A stretch of 64,000 nt of DNA from Alkalispirochaeta sp. (GTDB lineage Bacteria; Spirochaetota; Spirochaetia; DSM-27196; Alkalispirochaetaceae): assembly GCA_965601925.1 (NCBI GenBank), contig OZ271854.1, positions 320,001 through 384,000 of the forward strand, written 5' to 3'. The position numbers were made by a program, and so were the translations under genes. Below the pieces are notes generated by a model. The model made no database searches and was not told the origin of the DNA. It saw only the letters and a list, made by a program, of their open reading frames with translations. Below are positions 39,075 to 49,130 of the stretch, piece after piece. The first letter of the stretch is position 1. Each line of letters opens with the position of its first letter.

Positions 39075-40070
39075 GTGCGCCGGCAGGGAGTAGCGATGAC
39101 CAGCGGGAGCACCGACATACACACGCTCACCACCCTACCGGCCGATCGACACGCCGAAACGCGCAGCAACTTCGCATTCTTCGACCGTAGTGGACGTCGC
39201 GTCGATGTCGGTAAAGTCGCCGCGTACTCGAGCGTCGGGCTGGACATTCCGCACGTCATTGCCGAATCGGGACACAACGACCATTGTATCCTGGAACAGG
39301 GGCACTCTCGCACGTTCATGCTTTTCATGCATCTGGAGCGTTCGACACCGATCGAGTTGTCGGCCGCGGGAATACATCGATCCTACGATATGCGCTACGG
39401 CCAGATCATATGGATACCTCCGAACGTCGAGTACAGCGTATACGGCGTGAATCCGTCGAGTTATATCGGGCTTGCGTTCGAGAGACGCTTCTTCGACGAG
39501 TTACCGATCGAGACGCGGCACTTCCGGTTCTCACAGCATGTACCGGACTACGAGATAGAGGACGCGCGGCTACGGCATGTGATGGGTGCGGTGCGCTCCG
39601 AGCTGGAGCACGAGTCGCCGCTTTCGACGATGATCCTACAGAGCCTTTTTACAACAGCCGCCGCGCTGCTGTTGGAACCCCAGGGTTTCGGGCCTGCAGA
39701 CCGACCGAAGCGGCACTTCGCACCGGACAGACGGCTTCAGAGGGTGGTCGATTACATCGACGCCAACCTCGGGTCGGAGCTGTCGATCGATGAGCTATCC
39801 GCCGTTGCGGGTATGAGCCGGTTCTACTTTGCACGAATGTTTCGCGAACAGACCGGCGACACGCCGAGGACATTCGTCATGAGTCGACGTATCGCCCGAG
39901 CGACGACGCTGTTGGCGTCGACCGACCTTTCGATCGGGGAGATCGCGTTGGGACTCGGGTTCGCCGACCATTCCCATTTCACCCGGGCGTTTCGCGCCCG
40001 ACTCGGTGTATCGCCCAGCGAGTACCGGGACGAACGGACCGGGAGATCGTTCGCGATGGCGGCGGGATAG
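39075..40070 (+). CDS. AraC-family transcriptional regulator
   Basis: C-terminal double HTH (GMSRFYFARMF...GFADHSHFTRAF...SPSEYR). Confidence 0.9.
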   Translation: MRRQGVAMTSGSTDIHTLTTLPADRHAETRSNFAFFDRSGRRVDVGKVAAYSSVGLDIPHVIAESGHNDHCILEQGHSRTFMLFMHLERSTPIELSAAGIHRSYDMRYGQIIWIPPNVEYSVYGVNPSSYIGLAFERRFFDELPIETRHFRFSQHVPDYEIEDARLRHVMGAVRSELEHESPLSTMILQSLFTTAAALLLEPQGFGPADRPKRHFAPDRRLQRVVDYIDANLGSELSIDELSAVAGMSRFYFARMFREQTGDTPRTFVMSRRIARATTLLASTDLSIGEIALGLGFADHSHFTRAFRARLGVSPSEYRDERTGRSFAMAAG

Positions 40071-40200
40071 ATCGGAAACTCGCCCTCCGGCGTGACCGTC
40101 CGTACGGCGACGCTTTCGGTCCGCGGCTCGGTGGTGCCGCGTTTTTCTCTCGGACTCCTCGGCGGTCGGGCGACGTTACGCAGAGTCGCTCAACGGGCGA

Positions 40201-42138
40201 TCACGAACGATCGGGCCGACGCGAGCTACGAAACATTCCCAAGAGGCGTAGATTGCGGGTCTCAGCCTCGAGGGCGCGATACGCCTCGTCAAACTTGGCG
40301 TGCTCACCGGGTAACTCGACGTCGAGATAGAACATGTAACGCCACGGCTCGCCGAGAATCGGACGCGACTCGAGCTTCTTCAGGTTGAGATTGCGCTCCG
40401 CGACGACGCGCATACAGTCGTATAACGCACCGGGCTTGTCGGGTGTCGAGAAAACCAGCGTCGCCATATCAGGGTCACGCGCTCCGGAATGTTCCTCTCG
40501 AGCCAGGATGGCAAAACGCGTGTAATTACGCGCGTTCGTCTCGATGCTCTCCCGCAGCACCTTCATGCCGTAGTAGGTCGCCGTGCGCTTGTGGGCGATC
40601 GCCGCGACGGAGGGGTCCGCCGTCTCGGCAACGTGCGCCACCGCGCCGGCAGTGTCATAAAAGGGCACGACCGACCATTCGGGATAACGGTTGAGAAAGT
40701 CCCTGCATTGCTCGATACCCGGCGCCTGCGAGACGACGGTGCGCACCGTATCCAACGTCGCATCGGGAGTCCCGATCAAACTGTGCTGGATCCGAATGTG
40801 CGTCTCGCCGATGATACGGATATCGGGATACTGGAGCAGAAGGTCGTAGTTCTCGTGGATCGACCCCATGAGTGAGTTCTCCAAGGGAACGATCCCGAAC
40901 TCCACCTCTCCTGTGAGCACCGATTCAAACACATCACGAAAATGCGACCGGCTAACCGGCTGCAACTCGCGTTCCGGCTGGTCGAAGTAGCGCAGGAGCG
41001 CGATTTCGCTGTAAGCGCCGCGAGCCCCTTGAAACGCAACGCGAATCTCCGAGGAGGCCGATTCGGGTGCCGGCCGGTCCGCATCGGCGACAACTGAGCA
41101 ATCGATGCGGTGGCGTTGAGGAAGTCTGGCGACCTCGCGTCCCACGACCGGCGAAAGCGCCTCGATGTCGCGCATCAACTTCTCGAACTGCTCGGGGTAG
41201 AGCGTTTGCGGTCCGTCGGATAGAGCGCGATCGGGCTCGGGATGCACCTCGACGATCAATCCGTCGGCACCGGCCGCGATGGCGCCGAGACCGACGGGAG
41301 AAACTTGTTCGCGCAACCCCGTAGCGTGGCTCGGATCGACCAGCACGGGAAGATGGCTCAGCTTCTTCACGACCGGAATCGATGAGATGTCGAGGCTATT
41401 TCGGGTGTACGTCTCGAAGGTGCGGATACCCCGTTCGCAGAGGATCACGTCTTCGGCCCCGTGGGCCAACAGATACTCGGCGGCCATGAGCCACTCCTCG
41501 ATCGTTGCGGCGAGACCTCGCTTGAGCATAACCGGGCGCGCCTGCGCACCGACGGTCTTGAGGAGTTCGAAGTTCTGCATGTTGCGCGCGCCGATCTGAA
41601 AAACATCGACGTACTCACGCATGTGCTCGACGTGGGTGGGAGAGACGATCTCCGAGACGACCGGAAGACCATAGCGCTCTCCCGCCTCCTTGAGGTATCG
41701 GAGCCCCTCCTCGCCCAACCCTTGAAAGGAATACGGAGAGGTACGCGGCTTGTAGGCACCCCCGCGAAGCATCACTCCGCCCGAGGAAGCGACGATATCG
41801 GCGGTCTCGATAATGAGCTCGCGACTCTCGACCGCGCACGGACCGGCGATCACCACGAGACGGTTTCCGCCGACCTTTATCGGTCCAATGGGGAAGACCG
41901 AGTCCTCCCGCTTGAACTCACGCGAGGCGAGTTTGTACGGCTTGGTAATCGGCACGACCTTCGCCACACCGGGAAGAAGCTCTACCTCGCGAACATCGAT
42001 GGGGCCGCTGCCGACGGCGCCGAGAATCGTTTCGGTCTCTCCTACCACTTCGCGGACGCGAAACCCGCGTCCTTCGAGAAACGCGCGCAAGGAGGTCTTA
42101 TCGCGCTCGGTAATATCGTGTTCCAGTACGACGACCAT
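40201..42138 (-). CDS. aroF: Fused DAHP synthase (type I-beta, N-terminal ACT) and prephenate dehydratase
   Basis: AGPCAVES, KPRTSPYSFQG, ERGIRTFE and DPSH motifs, then FQGARGAYSE, PLENS, NYTRF and LESRP. Confidence 0.92.
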   Translation of the reverse strand: MVVVLEHDITERDKTSLRAFLEGRGFRVREVVGETETILGAVGSGPIDVREVELLPGVAKVVPITKPYKLASREFKREDSVFPIGPIKVGGNRLVVIAGPCAVESRELIIETADIVASSGGVMLRGGAYKPRTSPYSFQGLGEEGLRYLKEAGERYGLPVVSEIVSPTHVEHMREYVDVFQIGARNMQNFELLKTVGAQARPVMLKRGLAATIEEWLMAAEYLLAHGAEDVILCERGIRTFETYTRNSLDISSIPVVKKLSHLPVLVDPSHATGLREQVSPVGLGAIAAGADGLIVEVHPEPDRALSDGPQTLYPEQFEKLMRDIEALSPVVGREVARLPQRHRIDCSVVADADRPAPESASSEIRVAFQGARGAYSEIALLRYFDQPERELQPVSRSHFRDVFESVLTGEVEFGIVPLENSLMGSIHENYDLLLQYPDIRIIGETHIRIQHSLIGTPDATLDTVRTVVSQAPGIEQCRDFLNRYPEWSVVPFYDTAGAVAHVAETADPSVAAIAHKRTATYYGMKVLRESIETNARNYTRFAILAREEHSGARDPDMATLVFSTPDKPGALYDCMRVVAERNLNLKKLESRPILGEPWRYMFYLDVELPGEHAKFDEAYRALEAETRNLRLLGMFRSSRRPDRS

Positions 42139-42154
42139 ACGCGTTACTGTACCA

Positions 42155-42850
42155 CTACGTCATGTCGGTGGGAAAGCGACTGAGCATGTACGCGCGGAAC
42201 CGTCGCTCCAAACTCGCTCGAAATCGGGTGGCGCGATCGATATAGACGACCGTCGTCGGCGGAGTGTATCCCGACCTGACCCTGGAGAGGCCGGCGTTAT
42301 AACACGTCAGCGCCTGGATGTCGGTCTCGGTATGCTCTCTACACCACGAGAGATACTCGATGCCGTGATAGGTATTTACGTCGGGGTTGAAGAAATCCTC
42401 CTCGGTAAGGTCGGTAAAGGTTCTCGAGTTGAGCTGAAAGAGTCCTCGATCGACCGACGTCGCGTTCCGGTTGACGTTGACCGCCACCGGCGAGTACCGA
42501 CTCTCGACCCACGCGATGGAAAAGACGAGAGATAAGGGCATGTCGGCCCGTTCGGCGTGGTAGAGAATCGGCATAGTAATGGTTGGCGAACCGGTGACCT
42601 CCAGGAAAAAATCGGTGACCGCTTCATGGGTAAGATCCTCGCGATAGAGGGCGAGCATCGGCTTGTCGCCGTCCAACAGATTGAGGACGTTGGTATAGTC
42701 CTCCGGCACAACGGCACGAACCGGTTCGGAGTCCCAACTGAAAGCAAACTGTGCCTCTTCGTCCGACGCGCCCGAGTGGGCCGTGGGGAGTGTCGTGCTG
42801 CATCCCAAAATCGCCGCAGCGGTTAGGAGCACGAGAATTCGATTAATCAT
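42155..42850 (-). CDS. SLT-domain lytic transglycosylase lipoprotein
   Basis: Lipobox ILGC; ES, GLFQLN and YNAG motifs. Confidence 0.85.
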   Translation of the reverse strand: MINRILVLLTAAAILGCSTTLPTAHSGASDEEAQFAFSWDSEPVRAVVPEDYTNVLNLLDGDKPMLALYREDLTHEAVTDFFLEVTGSPTITMPILYHAERADMPLSLVFSIAWVESRYSPVAVNVNRNATSVDRGLFQLNSRTFTDLTEEDFFNPDVNTYHGIEYLSWCREHTETDIQALTCYNAGLSRVRSGYTPPTTVVYIDRATRFRASLERRFRAYMLSRFPTDMT

Positions 42851-42867
42851 GACTGTGATCGCCTCAC

Positions 42868-43563
42868 TTACGTCTTGACGACCACGGCGTGGCCATTGAG
42901 ATTACCGACAACGGTCAGTCCGTCGTGAGATCTCAACTCGTGAACGAGATAGGTTACGCCCTCGCATCCATAAAAACCGTAATCGTCAAACACAACGATC
43001 CCTCCGGGAGGAAGGAGAGGCAAAACCCAATCGAAGACGCCCTTGGCGGACTCGTATACATCGACGTCTATGTGGCACAGGGCGATTCGATCGGCACGCA
43101 CGTGGTGCGCAGACTCATCGGGAAATATCCCGGCAACAATATTAAGATTTCGTAAGGCCAGATTATCGAGAAACGACTCCACAATGTCAAGCTGCGTATC
43201 ACCGTGCTCCCCTCCGCGGTAGTAGGGGTCACGCACTCCCGCCTTAGCGACGCCCTCGAAGGTGTCGGCAACAATAAGCTTACGGTCTTCGCGAAGGAGA
43301 TGCTTCAGCCGAAGTCCGATCAGGGCGGCGCTTCCGCCGCGCCACGTCCCGACCTCAAGAACGTCGCCGGGAACTTTGACGGCTTGCTCTACGAGTTCCC
43401 ACAGCTCGTAGAGACGCGCCTGATCGAGGAGCGTCTTATCCCGCACGAGACGCCACGCCTCCAGGAAGGCGAAATCCGCCTCCCATGGGCGATAGTCGGA
43501 GTCGAAAGGGGTGTGACCGTAGCCCGGTGGATACACTCGGACCGGTTCCGACGCGCTTGCCAC
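42868..43563 (-). CDS. TylF/MycF/NovP-family O-methyltransferase
   Basis: EVGTWRGGS, DTFEG, HIDVD.Y and GGIVVFDDY motifs. Confidence 0.85.
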   Translation of the reverse strand: MASASEPVRVYPPGYGHTPFDSDYRPWEADFAFLEAWRLVRDKTLLDQARLYELWELVEQAVKVPGDVLEVGTWRGGSAALIGLRLKHLLREDRKLIVADTFEGVAKAGVRDPYYRGGEHGDTQLDIVESFLDNLALRNLNIVAGIFPDESAHHVRADRIALCHIDVDVYESAKGVFDWVLPLLPPGGIVVFDDYGFYGCEGVTYLVHELRSHDGLTVVGNLNGHAVVVKT

Positions 43564-43630
43564 GTCTCTATCGTACTATGACGCGGCGCTATATGACTAC
43601 ACGCGTCCGCCGCGAATCGTCGTAGTGCGA

Positions 43631-45058
43631 CTACGGCAGTGTTCTGACTTCCAAATCACGAAACTCGCCGCGGCCGAGGGACCGCAACGCAAGCTCGACA
43701 CTCGAACCACGGACGAGATCCATCCGATATCGAAGGTACTCCGTGCCGTCGACCGCCACCGTCAGCATGTTGGCACCGGGATCGAAGAGCGTCTCCACCG
43801 CATTGGGATCGCCTAAATCGGTATCGATGCGCGCCTGGGCGACTCTGTTCATATTGACGTCGTCGTGCGACACGTACACTTCGAGGAACGTCTCGTCGGT
43901 ACCGTAGGTCGCCTCGTCGCGCGTCAACCAGATCAGGACGCTCCGTCCGTGTCCGTAGCCGGCCGGCTGCACTACTCCCTCCACCGAGAGATGCAGCCCG
44001 ACGCCGGCCCACCCCGGATCCAGGGAGCGCATGATCAACCGGTAGAGCCGCGGACGGCTGTCCTGGTCGTACGACAACGTAAACTTTGCAAAATACGCCT
44101 CCGGATCGGCCTGTACGACCCGCGTCGGACCGTCGACATTCCAGAGTCCACCCGTTGCATCGCCCTCATCGAGTCCGACCCTCGTTAACGAAGACATGGT
44201 GGCGCGTGCGAGACTGAGTGCCATAGTCGGTGCATAGTCCCGAACGTCGTGAGCGGTGGACGGTACCAACGACGGGGAGCCCGCCGGCGCGGCCGCAACG
44301 GCGTCCATCAGATCGGTAACACGGCGATCCATGGCGGCGGCCTCGTCTCGCAGCCGTCCGTCGACCGCGGCGACGCGGTCGACGAGTTCCTCGATCCGCG
44401 CTTCGATCGCCGCAAGACGCGCGTCGTGATCGGTCGCATTCCCCTCAATGAGCGCTGCGATACGGTCGAGGCGCTCGATGAGTGCCGCGTACTCCGGCGT
44501 CACATCCTCATCGGGCGACACCTCAGTGTCGTCGAGCGGCGACGCCACGATTTCGGTGGTCTCGGTCGGTTCCGCGGAAGTCGACGCGTACCTCTGAAGC
44601 AGTAACTCGACCAGTTCATTCCGTTCCAGATCGACCGGCTCCGACGGGACGAATCGATACGTCTCGACGCGTTCGAGTCGATCGTCGAACGCAATCGTCC
44701 CGGAGTAAAACGCGCCGTCGAGAAACACATTGTCGACGATGAGTCGGCCCTCGTCGTCGACCGACAGACGGGCCAGATCAAACAGGATGTTCTCGGGAAT
44801 CGGTCCATCGGCGTAGCGCAACACGACGTCGGCGACGCGCCACGACCCGCCCTCGTCGACGGTAAGACGGACCGCATACGGACGTCCGTCTATCCGTAGG
44901 GCGTCGAGTACCACGGAGTCGGGCCCGGCGACGCGGATCCGCGCCGAGTCGGCTTCAATGACGGGTTCCGCAACGGCTGCAAAAAGTGTATTGAACAGGA
45001 GCAACAACCAGAGCAAAAAAGGAACACCATTTTTCTTTGCACATTTGTAGATAAGCAT
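43631..45058 (-). CDS. Hypothetical exported protein with a central coiled coil
   Basis: Signal peptide, heptad region (LAAIEARIEELVDRV) and beta-rich C-terminus. Confidence 0.6.
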   Translation of the reverse strand: MLIYKCAKKNGVPFLLWLLLLFNTLFAAVAEPVIEADSARIRVAGPDSVVLDALRIDGRPYAVRLTVDEGGSWRVADVVLRYADGPIPENILFDLARLSVDDEGRLIVDNVFLDGAFYSGTIAFDDRLERVETYRFVPSEPVDLERNELVELLLQRYASTSAEPTETTEIVASPLDDTEVSPDEDVTPEYAALIERLDRIAALIEGNATDHDARLAAIEARIEELVDRVAAVDGRLRDEAAAMDRRVTDLMDAVAAAPAGSPSLVPSTAHDVRDYAPTMALSLARATMSSLTRVGLDEGDATGGLWNVDGPTRVVQADPEAYFAKFTLSYDQDSRPRLYRLIMRSLDPGWAGVGLHLSVEGVVQPAGYGHGRSVLIWLTRDEATYGTDETFLEVYVSHDDVNMNRVAQARIDTDLGDPNAVETLFDPGANMLTVAVDGTEYLRYRMDLVRGSSVELALRSLGRGEFRDLEVRTLP

Positions 45059-45122
45059 AGTCCACTTTTTCCCTTTATAATATCGGCATCATTGCACGTT
45101 TTCTTTAGTACAATCGAGTGAG

Positions 45123-46172
45123 ATGCTCATGAATAACGGCCCGTGTACTGTAACCGAGCTACTGCGAGGCCCGCAATCGCTGCCGATCGGATTCGGCACG
45201 TGGGCGATCGGCGAGCGCGACTGGGGTCCCATGACGAGTGCGGAGGCCAAAACGCTCCTCGTCGCCGCATGGGAGGTCGGGTTTCGTCACTTCGACACCG
45301 CCGAAGCGTATGGAAACGGTCGGTCGGAGCTCCTTATCGGGCAGGCTCTGAAGAGTCATATCCGTCGGTCGCGCGAATCGGTTTCCATCGCGACAAAGAC
45401 CGTCGTTCGCCCCCCGGCGGCGATGGAAGCGCACATAGAGCGCTCGCTTCGGCGTTGCAACTGCGAATACTTCGACATCTTCTACATTCATTGGCCTCGC
45501 GAGGGTATCGATCTCGTCCGTGCCGCCGAAGCGATTGATCGACAGCGCCGCCGCGGTCTGGTACGCGGGATCGGGTTGTGCAACGTATCGATCGAGGAGG
45601 CTCGACGAGTAGCGCGCGTCGTGCCGGTGGCGGCGATTCAATTCGGCTACAACGTGATCTGGCGCCGAGCCGAACGGGATGGGCTCGCGAATCCCGACGC
45701 CGTCGCGCGATCGCCGGAAGAGCGTGTACGTCCCGTGCGCATCGCGTACAGTCCCCTCGCGCAAGGGTTACTGGCTCGTTCGTTTTCTCGCGCTCCGGTG
45801 TGGCACGCGGAGGATCATCGCCCGCGGACGCCTCTTTTTGCCGCCGACCAATGGGGTGCCGTTGCACGGTTCAACGAGTCCTACCTGGCCGTCTGCGCGG
45901 AGGCGGCCGTTCACCCCGTCGCAGCCGCGCTCTTGTGGCTCGTCTCCGGCCCCGGGCCGCGCAGAGTCGACGGAGCGGTCGTCGGTGGGCGCACCGTTGA
46001 GCAATTGCGGGCGCTGGCGGCGGGACTCGAGTCGGCGCTGGACCGGCCCGATACGCTCGCTGAGGTACTGAGCCGTGTACAGACGCTCTCGGACGAGGTG
46101 CAACACTCGTTACCGAACTTACCCAATATGTTCGGCTACACCCCGACGCCTTGTCGGAGTCGCGGAATGTGA
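45123..46172 (+). CDS. Aldo/keto reductase
   Basis: GFGTW, FDTAEAYG, ATK, IHWP and YSPLAQGLL motifs. Confidence 0.88.
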   Translation: MLMNNGPCTVTELLRGPQSLPIGFGTWAIGERDWGPMTSAEAKTLLVAAWEVGFRHFDTAEAYGNGRSELLIGQALKSHIRRSRESVSIATKTVVRPPAAMEAHIERSLRRCNCEYFDIFYIHWPREGIDLVRAAEAIDRQRRRGLVRGIGLCNVSIEEARRVARVVPVAAIQFGYNVIWRRAERDGLANPDAVARSPEERVRPVRIAYSPLAQGLLARSFSRAPVWHAEDHRPRTPLFAADQWGAVARFNESYLAVCAEAAVHPVAAALLWLVSGPGPRRVDGAVVGGRTVEQLRALAAGLESALDRPDTLAEVLSRVQTLSDEVQHSLPNLPNMFGYTPTPCRSRGM

Positions 46173-46186
46173 GTATATCCAAAGGT

Positions 46187-47812
46187 ATGAAGCGTCGAAT
46201 TGTATGCGTCGCCCTGGTGACGTTGACGATAGTCGCGACTCACGCGACGCAATCGATTTGGAGACCGGTTCAGGATACCGACGAGGGGGGCGAGTTCGTG
46301 ATCTCGTTTCCTCGCGGCATCGTCCAACTCAATCCGATCTATAGTCTCACAGCCAGCGAGGCTCAGATATATACCGGAATCTACGAGGGACTCGTCGGCT
46401 ATCATCCCCTTACGATGGAGCCGGTGCCGGCGGTTTCCGAGGGGTGGGAGATCAGTGAGGACGGGTTGACCTACACGTTTCGCCTGAGAGAGGACGCACG
46501 GTATTGGAACGGGGACCGCGTCGTCGCCGCGCACTTTCGCGACACGTGGTTCATGCTCATCGATCCCGAAACCGATGCGGCGTACAACTTTCTCTTCGAT
46601 GTCATAGACGGCGTGCGTGAGTATCGCAGTGGAGAGATACGTAATCGCCGGCGCGTCGGGATTCGTGCGGTCAACAACTCAACCCTGGAGGTACGCCTGA
46701 GAAAGCCGGCCACGCATTTTCTACAGACCCTCGCCCACCACGCCTTCGTGCCGGTCCATCCGTCGGTGAGGGATCAGCGCGACTGGTCCGATCTGGAAAC
46801 CATCCCCGGAAACGGACCGTATCGCGTGAGCGAGCGTTCCGACAGGGAACTCGTTCTGGAACGCAACGAACGCTATTGGGACGCCGACGAGGTGGCGATC
46901 CCTCGTATGCGAATCATCTTCACCGATGACGACGACGAGACGGTAACGCCGCGCTTCAATCGTGGCGAGATCGATTGGGTGACGGCCGGAATAGACTTCT
47001 TGGAAGTGCAATTTCCGGAGAATATCGTCATCAATCCGCTGTTTGCCACGACCTACTACTTTATGCGATCCGATGTGGAACCCTTCTCCGATTCGCGAGT
47101 GCGACGGGCGTTGGCGCTGCTTCTGCCGTGGGATCAGATCCGCGACCCGGAGATTCAGTTCATCCCCACCGATCGGCTCGTTCCCAGTATTCCGCGCTAT
47201 CCGACCGTCGCCGGGATCACGGAGCCGAATATCGAAGAGGCGTTGGCATTGCTGGAGGAGGCGGGCTACCAGCGGGGTGTACGCCTGCCTACCATCACCA
47301 TTCACATCCACGACGGCGTCGAAACGATGCGCGTCGCCTCACTGATGCGCGAGGCGTGGGAAGAGGCGCTGGAGGTCGACGTAGACATCGTGTCGACACC
47401 GTACCAGACTTATTTCGACGCGTTGGATACGAGTGATTTCACCGTCGGTACGGTGAGCTGGATCGGGGACTTCGCCGATCCTCTCACCTTTCTGCAAATG
47501 TGGATAACCGACAGTAACGTCAATGACGCGGGCTTCTCAGACGAAACGTACGATACCCTCATCGATCAATCGATGTTCGAACGTGGGTCGGCACGATTCG
47601 AGATCCTCGGCGAGGCCGAGGAGATACTGCTGCAAACCGGAACGGTGCTGCCGGTCAGTCACGCCCCGTCGGTCAATCTGATCAATCTCGAAGCGGTAGA
47701 CGGCTGGTTTCCCAACCCGCTGGACATTCACCCTCTGCGATACCTCCGCTTCTCCGAGCGGTCGTTGGCTCCCGGTGTTATCCGTTTCGACGTTCCCGAT
47801 CCTCGGCAGTAG
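46187..47812 (+). CDS. Peptide ABC transporter substrate-binding protein (family 5, OppA-like)
   Basis: YEGLV, WEISEDGLTYTFRLR, NGPY and WIGDFADP motifs. Confidence 0.88.
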   Translation: MKRRIVCVALVTLTIVATHATQSIWRPVQDTDEGGEFVISFPRGIVQLNPIYSLTASEAQIYTGIYEGLVGYHPLTMEPVPAVSEGWEISEDGLTYTFRLREDARYWNGDRVVAAHFRDTWFMLIDPETDAAYNFLFDVIDGVREYRSGEIRNRRRVGIRAVNNSTLEVRLRKPATHFLQTLAHHAFVPVHPSVRDQRDWSDLETIPGNGPYRVSERSDRELVLERNERYWDADEVAIPRMRIIFTDDDDETVTPRFNRGEIDWVTAGIDFLEVQFPENIVINPLFATTYYFMRSDVEPFSDSRVRRALALLLPWDQIRDPEIQFIPTDRLVPSIPRYPTVAGITEPNIEEALALLEEAGYQRGVRLPTITIHIHDGVETMRVASLMREAWEEALEVDVDIVSTPYQTYFDALDTSDFTVGTVSWIGDFADPLTFLQMWITDSNVNDAGFSDETYDTLIDQSMFERGSARFEILGEAEEILLQTGTVLPVSHAPSVNLINLEAVDGWFPNPLDIHPLRYLRFSERSLAPGVIRFDVPDPRQ

Positions 47813-48512
47813 CGGCGGCATCACCGGCTCCGTTTCGACGTGCCAGGACGCGAGCCGCCGCCGCCTCGATGCGTCGTCGATGTTTTATACCGAGGATAAG
47901 CGCAACCACGGCCAGGACGAACAGCGTGATCGCAACCGTCGTGTGCCCCGCCGCCGCAGAGGCGCCGATAGCGGCGCTGCCCGCGATACCCGGTACGCGG
48001 CCGATCATGGAAAAGAGCAAAAAGGTCTTCACGCTCATGGAATGTCCGGCGGCACCCGCGACGTACCCCAGGATGTCCTTCGGAAGGCCCGGTATGACGA
48101 AGAGCAGAAAGAACCCGATCTTCGTTCCGCGGCGCTCCACGATATTGTCGATGCGTCGTCGCGATTCGGCGCTTGTAATCGCCTCTACGAATCGTCGTCC
48201 GAGGAGGCGGCCCACCGTATAGTTGATGAGACTGCCGACGGCGATGCCGACGATCGATAGTGTCGCACCGCGCACTACGCCGAACAGAAATCCCGCTCCG
48301 ATTTGTACGACCTCCCCAGGAATGACGAACACCACGACCTGGAGGATCTGCAGCGCGACGATAACAAGGGGCGAGCGAATCCTCTCCGCCCCCTCGCTCT
48401 GTACCAGAGCGATCACGGCGGAAATCTCGTCTCGATAGACGACGGCCGCGGTAACAACGACGGCGAGAAAGAGTGGAAACGCGATCAGATCGCGGAGCTT
48501 TGACCTCGACAT
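47778..48512 (-). CDS. TVP38/TMEM64 (DedA/VTT) membrane protein
   Basis: LQILQVVVFVIPGE and IPGLPKD motifs; start refined to ATG 48512. Confidence 0.85.
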   Translation of the reverse strand: MSRSKLRDLIAFPLFLAVVVTAAVVYRDEISAVIALVQSEGAERIRSPLVIVALQILQVVVFVIPGEVVQIGAGFLFGVVRGATLSIVGIAVGSLINYTVGRLLGRRFVEAITSAESRRRIDNIVERRGTKIGFFLLFVIPGLPKDILGYVAGAAGHSMSVKTFLLFSMIGRVPGIAGSAAIGASAAAGHTTVAITLFVLAVVALILGIKHRRRIEAAAARVLARRNGAGDAAATAEDRERRNG

Positions 48513-48536
48513 GCCTCTATGAGTATACTGCTCTGA

Positions 48537-49130
48537 ATGAGTGCCAAGGCCAAGAGTCAGTCCACGACATTTAAAGAGAAGCAGCGTGTAGTCTATCCGC
48601 TGCAAGGTGTGGGCCAGGTCCAAAAGATAATCGAGATGGAGTTTAAAGGGGAGAAGGTTCTTTACTACGTAATCTATCTTCCCGTTTCCGACATGACGGT
48701 GAAGATCCCGGTCGACAGAGCCGAGGAACACGGCATCCGCGCCATCGTGCCCAAAAAAGAGGCCAATGCTGCATTGGACATGTTCTCCGAAGAGATCGAT
48801 CCGGTCCCGCAAGACTGGAAAATGCGGTATCAAATGAATCTGGAGCTTCTAAAAAAAGGCTCGATACGGGACATCGCGTCGGTTGTTCGCACCCTCTATG
48901 CCCGCAAAAAGGTGAAAGAGCTGCCTATCATGGAGCGCAAGCTCTACGATAGCGCATTACAGCTTCTGGTGGACGAGGTCTCATTCTCGCTTAACATCTC
49001 GACCGACGAGGTCGAAGAGCTCGTATTCAGCAAGCTCGAAGTCGACAACGACCCCAAGGGCGACGACCTGGAAGATATCATCCCCGAAGACGAGATCGAC
49101 GAGGATGGGAACGACAAAGACGGGAGTTAA
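48537..49130 (+). CDS. carD: CarD-family transcriptional regulator
   Basis: VVYPLQGVG, IPV...GIR and W..RY motifs; acidic tail. Confidence 0.9.
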   Translation: MSAKAKSQSTTFKEKQRVVYPLQGVGQVQKIIEMEFKGEKVLYYVIYLPVSDMTVKIPVDRAEEHGIRAIVPKKEANAALDMFSEEIDPVPQDWKMRYQMNLELLKKGSIRDIASVVRTLYARKKVKELPIMERKLYDSALQLLVDEVSFSLNISTDEVEELVFSKLEVDNDPKGDDLEDIIPEDEIDEDGNDKDGS

